From Escherichia phage 4E8: a stretch of DNA of 64,000 nucleotides. Shown here one piece after another: positions 19,720 through 29,300 of the stretch; the first letter of the stretch is position 1, and every line of letters starts with the position of its first letter. The position numbers and the translations under genes were made by a program. A model generated the notes under the pieces. That model was not told where the DNA came from. It made no database searches and saw nothing but the letters and a program-made list of their open reading frames with translations. The DNA lies in sequence record OQ689734.1; one strand, 5' to 3'.

Positions 19720-20688
19720 ATGGGTGCTGGAGGTTTTCGAAAGAATACTGGTAGAAACAACACCACACTTCCGTACAATGTTGGTTTTCTAAACAATGTG
19801 CAGGATACAGAAACTTACAACGTTGCTGTCTATGATGAACTACAAAAAGTTAGTACAGCAACCAATCAAATGTTTCAAGCCATTGATGAAATACATGAAG
19901 AAATTGATGTTAGGATTAAAGCTCTTAATGCGATGAATCTTCAATTTGATGAACTTGAAAATAGAATTACTACAGAGATCGAAACAGCTATTGCTGATAT
20001 TCAAACACAGATGGGTAACCTATCCACTGAAGATATTTGGGATAATTCAGTACAACCGCCAGTTAAGCTAGAAAGTTCTATGGCAGGATTTAAGACCTCT
20101 ATAGAAGGTAATGAGGTTAAGATACAATCTGTTGAGGGAATCGTAAACCAGCAGGGAGAGGAAATTGGCTTAGTTCAAACAGAGATCTCTAATATCAACA
20201 GCAGCCTATCTTCTTATATGAAGCTATCTGACTACGAGGCTACGTGGGGGGTTAACTCAAATGTCAACGGTAGGTATGCTGGTGTCAAACTAACTAACAA
20301 TGGCACGAATAGTCAATTCCAAGTAACAGCTAACAAGTTTATTGTCGGTGATGGTAACTCTGGTAACACTCCTTTTGTTTTTGAAGGTGGTAGAGCTAGA
20401 ATGGAATTCGCTGATATCAAGAATGTCAACATTACAACTGCTCAGATTGCTAATGCTCGAATCCAATTTGCTCAGATTGATAACGTGTGGATTCAAGATG
20501 GACAGATTGCTAACCTTACTGCTAACAAGATTACTGCTGGCTCTATGTCCGGTTCTAACTGGAGACTTACAGTAGGTGGAGATTTTGTAATGGGTGGTAC
20601 AGGCGGTTCTCAGTTGTGGATGAACGGTAATAGAATAGATTTTTATGATGGGAGTGGAACTCTTCGCATAAGAATAGGGAGTTGGTAA
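19720..20688 (+). CDS. virion/tail protein; start moved to the ATG at 19720
   Basis: ORF track 19708..20688; ATG at 19720 has a ggagg SD; coiled-coil N-terminus, repeat-like C-terminus (IANARIQFAQIDNVWIQDGQIANLTANKI). Confidence 0.45.
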   Translation: MGAGGFRKNTGRNNTTLPYNVGFLNNVQDTETYNVAVYDELQKVSTATNQMFQAIDEIHEEIDVRIKALNAMNLQFDELENRITTEIETAIADIQTQMGNLSTEDIWDNSVQPPVKLESSMAGFKTSIEGNEVKIQSVEGIVNQQGEEIGLVQTEISNINSSLSSYMKLSDYEATWGVNSNVNGRYAGVKLTNNGTNSQFQVTANKFIVGDGNSGNTPFVFEGGRARMEFADIKNVNITTAQIANARIQFAQIDNVWIQDGQIANLTANKITAGSMSGSNWRLTVGGDFVMGGTGGSQLWMNGNRIDFYDGSGTLRIRIGSW

Positions 20689-20689
20689 T

Positions 20690-21724
20690 ATGGCATATGG
20701 AATATGGACAAGACCTGTTGGTCCGGGTCCGGCGGCACCTGCTGACATTTACATCGATAGTGGTAGCACGTTTCCTCAACTCAAGAATAGAGTTAGCGGT
20801 AACTTTGCATTTAGTGGAAACATTTGTGACCTCCCTATAAACGGGTGGGATGGAAGTGGTCAAATAGTTATTGTCCCAACAGGCTCTGTGGTATGGGAAA
20901 GATATATACCGCCTAATGTGACCTCTGACGTATACTGGATAAATAACATCTCAGTTATTAATAACTCTACTTTTCGAGTTACTATGGATTATAATGTTAA
21001 TGGGTGGATATTTGATATGGCTTTTAATGTGTATCAGATATGGCCTAGAGCTAATAGAAACTACGGAATTACTTTTTCTAACACAGCTGATTACTTCTCT
21101 ATTTCTGACTCTGGTACTGTTGGTCAGTGTATCTGGGCTTGGGAAGGTGACATAAACGGCTCTCTTCAGATACCAGATATTGGAGGTTTTGATATGAGCC
21201 GGGCAACTGTTTATGCAAACTGGAGTCACGGAGGGGCTGGGTTGTTATATAACCCGTCTAACAGGGTTGTTTATGTGTACCAAAACAGGTCTCACGATAA
21301 CAGTAACACAAACCAAACAGGCTATATTGGTGGTGTTAGGATTGCTGTTTTCTGCGATGGTTCTGGGGTACCAACTCACAACGGTGGCCTAAATATCTTT
21401 TCCCCAAATGGGTCTCAGTGCGTATTCTCTACCTACAGAACCCCTTTTAGTGTTGAGGGGTTTATGCCTATGAGTGGAGGTAATACATCTCTGGCCTATC
21501 CAATGATACCACTGTCTTATGGGGCTGGGGCTATACGAGGAAGTGCTAGTGGTTGGTACTTTCAACACACAAGATCTCATATGATGAATGGATCTTCTTT
21601 TGGGACAGGGTATGGAAGAATGATATACTCTTGGTCAAATCGGTATGATCTCGGTGGTGGGGGTGCTCTAGGATTAAGTATTCCGGTATTAGACGCCAAG
21701 AAGATTTTTAGAAGCATACAATAA
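20690..21724 (+). CDS. hypothetical virion protein
   Basis: 344 aa ORF, translationally coupled to the upstream gene. Confidence 0.4.
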   Translation: MAYGIWTRPVGPGPAAPADIYIDSGSTFPQLKNRVSGNFAFSGNICDLPINGWDGSGQIVIVPTGSVVWERYIPPNVTSDVYWINNISVINNSTFRVTMDYNVNGWIFDMAFNVYQIWPRANRNYGITFSNTADYFSISDSGTVGQCIWAWEGDINGSLQIPDIGGFDMSRATVYANWSHGGAGLLYNPSNRVVYVYQNRSHDNSNTNQTGYIGGVRIAVFCDGSGVPTHNGGLNIFSPNGSQCVFSTYRTPFSVEGFMPMSGGNTSLAYPMIPLSYGAGAIRGSASGWYFQHTRSHMMNGSSFGTGYGRMIYSWSNRYDLGGGGALGLSIPVLDAKKIFRSIQ

Positions 21725-21733
21725 GGAGAGGAT

Positions 21734-22531
21734 ATGGATAGGATTTTAGGAGTTTCAGAACTAGACCCACTGGTTCAACAAGCTGCTAAGAAGTATGGTA
21801 TTCCTGCTGCTCTTGTTCATGCGGTGATTCAGAGGGAGTCTAGTGGTAAACCCTCTGCCGCTTCAGGAACAGGGCCAGTAGGATTGATGCAGATTAGTAA
21901 AGGCTTGGCTAAAGATTATGGATATAAACTTGAAGATAGGTTAGACCCTGCAAAGAATATTGACATGGGTGCTAGATATTTAAGAGATAACCTGAAAGCT
22001 TTTGACGGCGATGTGAGGAAGGCTTTGGTGGGGTATTCAGAAGGGACTGGTGGTGCTAAGCAAATGTTTGCTGGTAAGAAAGGGTTTACACCTCAAGCTT
22101 TAGATTCAATGAATAATAAGCTGTTCCTACCATTCTTTGATAAGAATACAGCAGCGGCACAAGTGGCTAATCCTGTAGGTGCTTTGAAAGCAGTACAGCC
22201 TGTGGACCAGTTTGATTCTAATACGCTGACTAGAGAAGGTGCTGCAAACGCTCCTACTCAAGCAGAGATAGCTGCAAGCAAGGCTGGAGCTTTAGGTGGT
22301 CGTCCTGTAGAGTTTTACTCTGATGAACAATCTACTGGGGAAAATCAAAAACCTCAACAGAACTTTGGAAATGCTGTATTGGCAGCTGCTTCTATGCTTG
22401 CAGGAAAACAGCCTAACTCTCAAACCGTACAGAGAGCACATGCCCCTACTCAAGCAGGTTCTCGATACAGTCCACAAACACAAGCCGTGCTGAGACGTTT
22501 GTCTAGCATAGGTACTGATATTTACAGATAA
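21734..22531 (+). CDS. lytic transglycosylase (SLT domain) protein, probably a virion-internal peptidoglycan hydrolase
   Basis: 265 aa; HAVIQRESSGKPSAASGTGPVGLMQI matches the SLT catalytic motif (ES...GxxGLMQ). Confidence 0.7.
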   Translation: MDRILGVSELDPLVQQAAKKYGIPAALVHAVIQRESSGKPSAASGTGPVGLMQISKGLAKDYGYKLEDRLDPAKNIDMGARYLRDNLKAFDGDVRKALVGYSEGTGGAKQMFAGKKGFTPQALDSMNNKLFLPFFDKNTAAAQVANPVGALKAVQPVDQFDSNTLTREGAANAPTQAEIAASKAGALGGRPVEFYSDEQSTGENQKPQQNFGNAVLAAASMLAGKQPNSQTVQRAHAPTQAGSRYSPQTQAVLRRLSSIGTDIYR

Positions 22532-22540
22532 GGAGGACGT

Positions 22541-23593
22541 ATGTCTCTTTTCGGTTCTGCTCCTAAATCTAAGACTACGGTAGCTCCGTCTTCTCAGGTT
22601 GATGCTCTTCTGAAACAGATTGTAGCAAATGCTCAGGCTATGAATCAAAACGATCAAGGTTTTATTGGTCGTAACGTAGCGGGTTTTAATGAAAACCAAA
22701 CAGCAGCTCTTTCTAATTTAGCAAATTCTAACACACTCAACCAACTCAGTCAGATGTACACCCCTAGAACTCAACAAGGGTTGGACCAGATGAATGAGTT
22801 GGCTCAGAAATATCAAAACCTAGTTAATAAAGGTGGTATCACTGCTCAGGATGTTAATAATTTTAGCTCTGGATTGAATAGCTCTGCTTTAGCTAAGTCT
22901 ACAGGTAAAGCTGCTGCTAATGTATCTCTTGGTAATGGTTCTGATTCAGGTTCTCTTAGACGTGCTGCTGCTCAAGGTGCTGCTCTCTCTTCAGCGAATA
23001 CAAACCTTTCTCGTTCTATTCAAGGTAAAAACATGGGTGTTAGCAATCTTATGAATAACAACTCCTATCAGCAAGGTTTGCTCAATGCTCAATCGGGTCT
23101 AGCAAATCAGAATCTGAATCTAGGAGCTGCTGGGGTACAAGCTGGTCAACAGGCAATACAGAATCAGCTCACTGCTGGGAATCTTCAACAACAGCAAGAT
23201 CAACTCCAATCTAACAACAATTGGGAGAATGCTATTGGCAATCAGCAGTATGGTTGGAATCGGCTTAACAACCAGCTTAATGTATTAAACTCAGTAAGCC
23301 CAATGGCTGGGTACACCATTACTAACAAAGGTGCTGCCCCTAATGTTTCACAACAAATCCTTGGTGCTGGGGTTACTGGTCTTGGTATTGCTGGACGTCT
23401 AGGTGCTTTTACCCCTAATCAGCAAACTACTAATGCTTGGAACTCATACAATGCTTCTGGAGGTCAAGCTGGGATGGCTGGTCCTATGATTGGTGGCTCA
23501 AACCTGTCTCAACAGAATGGTCAGAGCAACTGGTTATCTACCGCAGGAAGTAATATCTTAGGTGGTGTTCTAGGAGCCTTTGGAGCAAATTAA
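22541..23593 (+). CDS. Q/N/G-rich internal virion protein (paralog 1)
   Basis: 350 aa low-complexity protein; N-terminus MSLFGSAP..KTT...NQNDQGFIGRNVAGFNENQTAALSNL is similar to the next gene. Confidence 0.4.
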   Translation: MSLFGSAPKSKTTVAPSSQVDALLKQIVANAQAMNQNDQGFIGRNVAGFNENQTAALSNLANSNTLNQLSQMYTPRTQQGLDQMNELAQKYQNLVNKGGITAQDVNNFSSGLNSSALAKSTGKAAANVSLGNGSDSGSLRRAAAQGAALSSANTNLSRSIQGKNMGVSNLMNNNSYQQGLLNAQSGLANQNLNLGAAGVQAGQQAIQNQLTAGNLQQQQDQLQSNNNWENAIGNQQYGWNRLNNQLNVLNSVSPMAGYTITNKGAAPNVSQQILGAGVTGLGIAGRLGAFTPNQQTTNAWNSYNASGGQAGMAGPMIGGSNLSQQNGQSNWLSTAGSNILGGVLGAFGAN

Positions 23594-23602
23594 GGAGGAG
23601 CT

Positions 23603-24571
23603 ATGGCTTTATTCGGTGGTGGGAGTAGCAAGACTACTTCTAAAATGACAAGACCTGACTACATTCAGTCCTATATTGATCAGTTGGTCAATCAGGTTAA
23701 TAACACTAGTTCAGGCGATTATGTGTATCGAGAAAATGTTGGACTTAATCAAAACCAGCAAGAAGCTCTGAACAATCTATCACAATCTGGTGCATTAGGT
23801 GCACTTTCTTCTCAGTATATGGATGCTGCTCAATCTGGCTTAGGTTATCTAGATAACGCATACTCTGGATATAACAACCTATCTAACTCTGGTCAAATCA
23901 CTGGAGAACAGATTGGTGCTCTTGCAGGCCAGCTCTATGACGACGAGGCTGTGCAAGCAGCTATTGCAGCGAATAATGAACAAACCCAACAGAGTTTGGC
24001 TAGGAATGCACTTCCTCAAATCTCTCAGCAGTTTGCTGGTCAGCAAGGTTCTGGTGCACGTATGGCTAAATCTTTTGCTCAGGGTGATGCTCTGAACCAG
24101 ATGCAGAACACAGCAACTAATATTACTAATAGTGCCTATGACTCCGCTCTAACCCAAGCACAGAACATTCTTTCTGGTAATAGACAAACACAAGCATCTG
24201 CTTTAGGTGGTTTATCTAACATTGGCTCCAATCTTGCTAATCTAGGAAACCAAGCTGGTCAGTTATCACAACAGCAAATGATGAATCAGTGGAATGCAGG
24301 ACTGCAACAGCAGCAACAACAGCAATCTGATTTGAACAATGCTTATGAGAATGCTCAGAATGCTGCTAATTGGGGTTGGCAGGATATTAACAATCAACTA
24401 GGTGCTGCCGGGGTTCTTAATGGGGCTTTAGGGACAACCACAACTACTAAAACATCTGGTGGTAGTGGAGGCTTCCTAGGTGGTGCTGCGAGTGGTGCTG
24501 CTGCTGGTTCAGCTTTTGGCCCTTGGGGTGCTTTAGCTGGCGGTGTTATCGGTGGATTAGCTAGCTCTTAA
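23603..24571 (+). CDS. Q/N/G-rich internal virion protein (paralog 2)
   Basis: 322 aa; N-terminus MALFGGGSSKTT...NVGLNQNQQEALNNL parallels the preceding gene. Confidence 0.4.
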   Translation: MALFGGGSSKTTSKMTRPDYIQSYIDQLVNQVNNTSSGDYVYRENVGLNQNQQEALNNLSQSGALGALSSQYMDAAQSGLGYLDNAYSGYNNLSNSGQITGEQIGALAGQLYDDEAVQAAIAANNEQTQQSLARNALPQISQQFAGQQGSGARMAKSFAQGDALNQMQNTATNITNSAYDSALTQAQNILSGNRQTQASALGGLSNIGSNLANLGNQAGQLSQQQMMNQWNAGLQQQQQQQSDLNNAYENAQNAANWGWQDINNQLGAAGVLNGALGTTTTTKTSGGSGGFLGGAASGAAAGSAFGPWGALAGGVIGGLASS

Positions 24572-24585
24572 TTAGGAGAATAATT

Positions 24586-26253
24586 ATGCAACAAACTTCT
24601 TATGCGTATCTTCGCAGTCAAGACCCAAGAAATCAGATTTATGGTGTTAAACAAGGGGCCGCTTCGGCCTCTCCATACATGGCAAGACCTGCTTATCCAG
24701 CTGCTGATGTTTCTATGTATAACCGGAGACCTCCTGCTTCTCCTGTAGGTTTGTCTTCTCTTGTTGCCAATGCTCAAGAAGACCAAGAAGCTATGTTAAA
24801 TCCGGGATTTAGACAGCGCCTTATGGAAGCAGAGAATCAAGGAACTCCTACAAGCCTTCAGGGTATTGATATTGGTGAACCAGCTCCTGCTATGAATAAC
24901 CCAGATCTATCCTCTGATGAGGGTCTACAAGCTGCTGGGTTGATGCCTAGTGACCCACTTCCTGTTACTCCTCCTCGTAAACCTCTGGAAGAAACAGATA
25001 AAGAGTTCTCTCCAGTTCAAGTGGAACAGGCTCAGAATGTTATTAACACTTTAGCTAATAGTAATCCAGCTCCTGAAGGTATGGCTGGTGCAACTCGTGC
25101 TAAAGACCAAGAACGTATTAATAATGATATTATGGAAGTAGCTAAAGCTAAAGACCCAGCACAAGCTTGGAATGAGCTTCAGAAGCAACCGTTCTATCAG
25201 AAGTCTAGTTTCTACACTGGCTTAATGGGTGTTGGTCTTTCTATCATGTCAGGTAAATCCCCTATTGAAGCTTTCCAGATTGGTTCTGGCTTAGCTGCTC
25301 AGGATGAAACTAAACAACAACTAGAAGCCAATCGCGATGCTCTGTTAGAACAAGGCTACTCTCAAGATTCAGTTGCTGCTGCAATTGCTTCGGGAGATCC
25401 TTCTCTTCTCAAGATGCGTCAGATGAGTCCTCAGGAGAAAATGGCTCTTGCTGCTCAGGATGAAGAACGTGCCAATCGTGAGTGGGATAGACGTCAACAG
25501 ATTCAAGAGAATTCGATGCGGGAACGTGCTGCTGAAACTCGTCGTGCTGCTGAAGAACGTGCTAATGCTCAGTTCGAGAAACAGAAAGAACTTATTGGAT
25601 ATCGTGATCAAGTTAAAGCAGAGCGTGCAGAGAAAGCTGCTCAGAGCTTTACTTTCAACCCTAAAGAAGTTCGTCTGGCTCAGAATACAGCAGAAGGTAC
25701 TGTTGCTAAACAGTGGGCAGAAAAAGCAGGTCTGTTTAATCAGTCTCACAAAGACTTGGATTTAGCTGACAAAGCTATTAAAGATAAGGATTATCAAACT
25801 GCTCGTTCTGCTTACATGCAGGCTATCATGAACTCCGCAAGGGCAGAAATTGGTGCTAACCGCTCTCTCCAAGCTGATGACTTGGCTCACTTTGCAGAAG
25901 ACCCGTCAATCTTTGTTAAGGTTGGTAATACTTGGTCCCTTAAAGCAGGTTATCGTCCTTCTGATGCTGCTCTATCATACGCTCGTAAGCAGGCAACTGT
26001 TGGTGCTACTTCCGCTGAGAAAGGTGTGAAGGATGCTAAGAAAGCAACGATCGAAGCGTATATCGGCTCTGGTATGGATAAGAAACGAGCGACAGCTCTT
26101 GTCAACCGTGCTATTCCTTCTGCTGGTTTCTATGACCCATTCGGTACGTTTGAGAGTGAAGCTGAAGCAGCTGTTGGTGGAGATGCTACAAATCCTCGAC
26201 TAACAGGTGCTCTTTCTTCTTCAGCGGCAGATACGAGTTGGATGTTCCAGTAA
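24586..26253 (+). CDS. internal virion protein (hypothetical)
   Basis: 555 aa, coiled-coil/charged central region, in the block between the SLT protein and the giant protein. Confidence 0.4.
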   Translation: MQQTSYAYLRSQDPRNQIYGVKQGAASASPYMARPAYPAADVSMYNRRPPASPVGLSSLVANAQEDQEAMLNPGFRQRLMEAENQGTPTSLQGIDIGEPAPAMNNPDLSSDEGLQAAGLMPSDPLPVTPPRKPLEETDKEFSPVQVEQAQNVINTLANSNPAPEGMAGATRAKDQERINNDIMEVAKAKDPAQAWNELQKQPFYQKSSFYTGLMGVGLSIMSGKSPIEAFQIGSGLAAQDETKQQLEANRDALLEQGYSQDSVAAAIASGDPSLLKMRQMSPQEKMALAAQDEERANREWDRRQQIQENSMRERAAETRRAAEERANAQFEKQKELIGYRDQVKAERAEKAAQSFTFNPKEVRLAQNTAEGTVAKQWAEKAGLFNQSHKDLDLADKAIKDKDYQTARSAYMQAIMNSARAEIGANRSLQADDLAHFAEDPSIFVKVGNTWSLKAGYRPSDAALSYARKQATVGATSAEKGVKDAKKATIEAYIGSGMDKKRATALVNRAIPSAGFYDPFGTFESEAEAAVGGDATNPRLTGALSSSAADTSWMFQ

Positions 26254-26323
26254 TCTAAGACCTAAGTCCTATCTCTTATAATGTATATAGGAGGTAGGAC
26301 ATTTTTATTTATAAGGAGACGTT

Positions 26324-29300
26324 ATGGCTAATTTAAAATCGTGGGAAGAAGCTTCCAAAGCTCCTGCGTATCTGAATGCCTCTCCAGAGCAACAGGCTCA
26401 AATGAGAGAACAATACAAGGCAGCAGGGGGCACTATTCCTGAGACTCAACCACAAGAGCAACCACAACAAGAAGAACGAGGTGTTATTGGGGAGTTTGCT
26501 CAAGGTGTGTCTAACGCTCTTCAATCAGGTGGTGCTAACATTGCAGCTAGTGCTGCTAAAGGTTTAGGTGGGCTGGTAGAGATTGGTGAAAACCTAACTG
26601 GTTCGGAAACAAGCTATGGTAAGCGCATTCAAGAGAACTCTAAGCAATTGCTGGAAGAACGCTTATCCAAGATAGAAGATGGTTTTGGTAAAACAGCTGG
26701 CCAGTATGCTGGTGTTGCTGCTGATATTGGTTTGACAGTTGCAAACCCTGCTGTTGCTGCTGCTGTTATCGCAGCTCGTGAAACAGGTCGTGCTTATGCT
26801 GATCAAACTCCTAAAGAAGATGAAGATAAGTCAATCTTAGATGCTGCTCTTGTTGGTGGTGCTAACTACGCTGCTCAGAAGATACTTCCGGGCATGACTG
26901 GTACAGCTTCTACTACTCTAGGTCGTGTAGGACAAAGCGTAGCCTCTAACGCGGTTGCTGGTGCTAAGGGTGGTGCTATTGTTGGTGCTGCTGAAGCTCA
27001 GAACAAATATGGAGATGATACTACTCTAGCTAATGTCTTGGAAGGGGCTATTGAAGAAGGTGCACTCGGTGCCGCTTATGGTGGGGCGATTGGTGGGGTT
27101 CATGGGTTAATAAGTCGTCCTAGTCCTCAAGTGTTTGATCGTACTCCTGAGCATGTTAAGACTGACATTGCTGCTGAAGATGAGGCTATTCGTAAAGCTG
27201 CTAACGCTGATGAACTTCGTGAAGCCTATGCTAAAGCTGAGAATGCTAATGCTGCCTCTGCTTTAAACCTTCTGGATGAAAATGGTTTCCGAATCACAGA
27301 TGCAGTTGCTATGGACTCTCCTGCTGTTCAGCGTATCTTAAATACAGACCAAAGTCGTGCAGAGAAGGCTGCTACGGTTCAGAAAGATAGCTCTAACGTT
27401 CCCGGTCTTAATCCTTTAGCTTCTCCTAAGAAGACTCAAGGTAAAGCTTTTGCTGACAATGAATACAACCAGAAACAAGCTGTGGCAATGAAAGATGCAA
27501 TGGCTGACTACACTAAAGATAACACCAAAGCCCTTACTGATGTTCTAGACAATCTAGACCGAGAGTTAGTAGCTCTGAGAGCAAGTGGTGATTTTACTGG
27601 TAGTGCTATTGACATTAAAAACCGTACTCAAGCTGATCGTGATTTTATTGATGCTTATAAAACTTTTTACAGTGAAGCTAATCGTTTCAAAGCTCGTGAT
27701 GGTGAAGACCTAAACAACTTCATTGATAAAGCTACTCAGTTGCAGAAGCTCTCTGAAAATGTTTCTCCAGAAATGAAGAAGGCCATTGGTGGATTAAAGA
27801 AACTAAAAGGTATGCCTGAAGGTTTTAACCCTATCCAAGATGCTTTCACTCTGAATAATACAGCTAAGTTCATGAGTAACCAAGACCGTGGTTGGACCTC
27901 TCTGACTGATGACGGTTTTCGTGAAGCTCCGGCTCCTGTGTTAGTTAAGAATCCTCTCGGTGCAGCCAAGTATGTACTTAACCGCTTTACTTCCGATCGT
28001 GCTCGTGCTCAACGTGAGAAGCAACAGTCAGCTAATAGTGAAGCTATCCGCTCTTTGGCTAGGGCTGATTTAGAAGTACAACGAGCTAGGACTCAGGCTG
28101 AAGAAGCAAGAGCAAAAATGGAAGAAGAACCAACCACAGAAGACATCAAATTCCGTACTCAAAATGATGCACCTTCCGAACCGGTTCGTGAGGAGCCTTC
28201 TGCTACTACTGTGACGGAAGAAATTCCTTCCTCTCCAGCTCCAACTGAAACACCTCTTACTGCGAGGGATTTGGTTGCTCAAAGACGTGCTCTCCAACAA
28301 GCAGAGCTTAGACGTCAAGAAGCTGAAGCTGCTCAGGCTCAAGAAAGTGCTACACCAGAACCTGAACCACAGCAAGAAGCTCTTACAGCTAGAGAATTAG
28401 TAGCTCAGCGTAGGGCTGTAGCAGAGGCTAAGAAACGTCAAGAGGCAGAAGAAGCAGAACGTGCTAAAGAAGCTCCTGAGGAAGCCGTAGAAGAGCCTAA
28501 AGAGAAACCTGAGCCATTACCTGCTCGTGCTCCTAAAGCTCCTGAGAAGGCTCCTGAGCCTGTTAAACCGTCACTTGGTGTAGAGCGTCTAGCTTCTATG
28601 TCAACTGCTGCTCGTCAAGCAACGAAAGACCGTGCTGATCGATTTGCTCGTTCTTTGTATTCGGCTGCTGCTAAAGCTAAAGCCACTGCGGAAAACTTCC
28701 TTTCTTACAAAGGAGATCCTAAAGAGCTTATGCGTCGTATCCGTCAGGAAGACCAAGCAAACAACACACAGCGTCATGAAGAGATGGCTAGAAATCAACT
28801 AGCTTCTCAGCAAGGCATTGCTTCTGCTAAATCTCAACATGTTCGTGCTTCTTTTGCTGATTGGGTGAAAGAACGTGGGTTGCCTTCTGATATCGCTACT
28901 AAAGCCTTACGGGCTGAAGAGAAAGGTTTAGGTGGGAACGTCACAAGTCTAGATTCACTGAAGCGAAGAGCTGAGCGTTTATATCAGAAACAAAGAGATG
29001 ATGAGTTTGACCGCCTCTATCGAGAGGCTCTGGAAGAGAATAAAGCTTTTGATAAGAGAGATGCTCCTAAACTGGTAGACCAGAAGAAAGAGCTTCAGGA
29101 TGAAATTGGTGCGTTGCTTGATGCTGAACCGTTACGTCCTGCTCAGAAAGATGCTATGCGTAGGATTATGGAAGACTTCGTGGAGAGTAAGTTTAAATCT
29201 TCAGAGAGAGCTGGAAGGGTTGAGGCTTTGGAAGTTGGTCAGATGAAGGATGTGTGGGATGGGTTTATTAATACCTATAACCGAGAAGTTAACATGTTCA

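Noticed and set aside
22541-24571. Q/N-rich proteins as collagen-like or prion-like elements
   Set aside because: No Gly-X-Y periodicity; composition is consistent with flexible internal virion proteins, so only paralogy is reported
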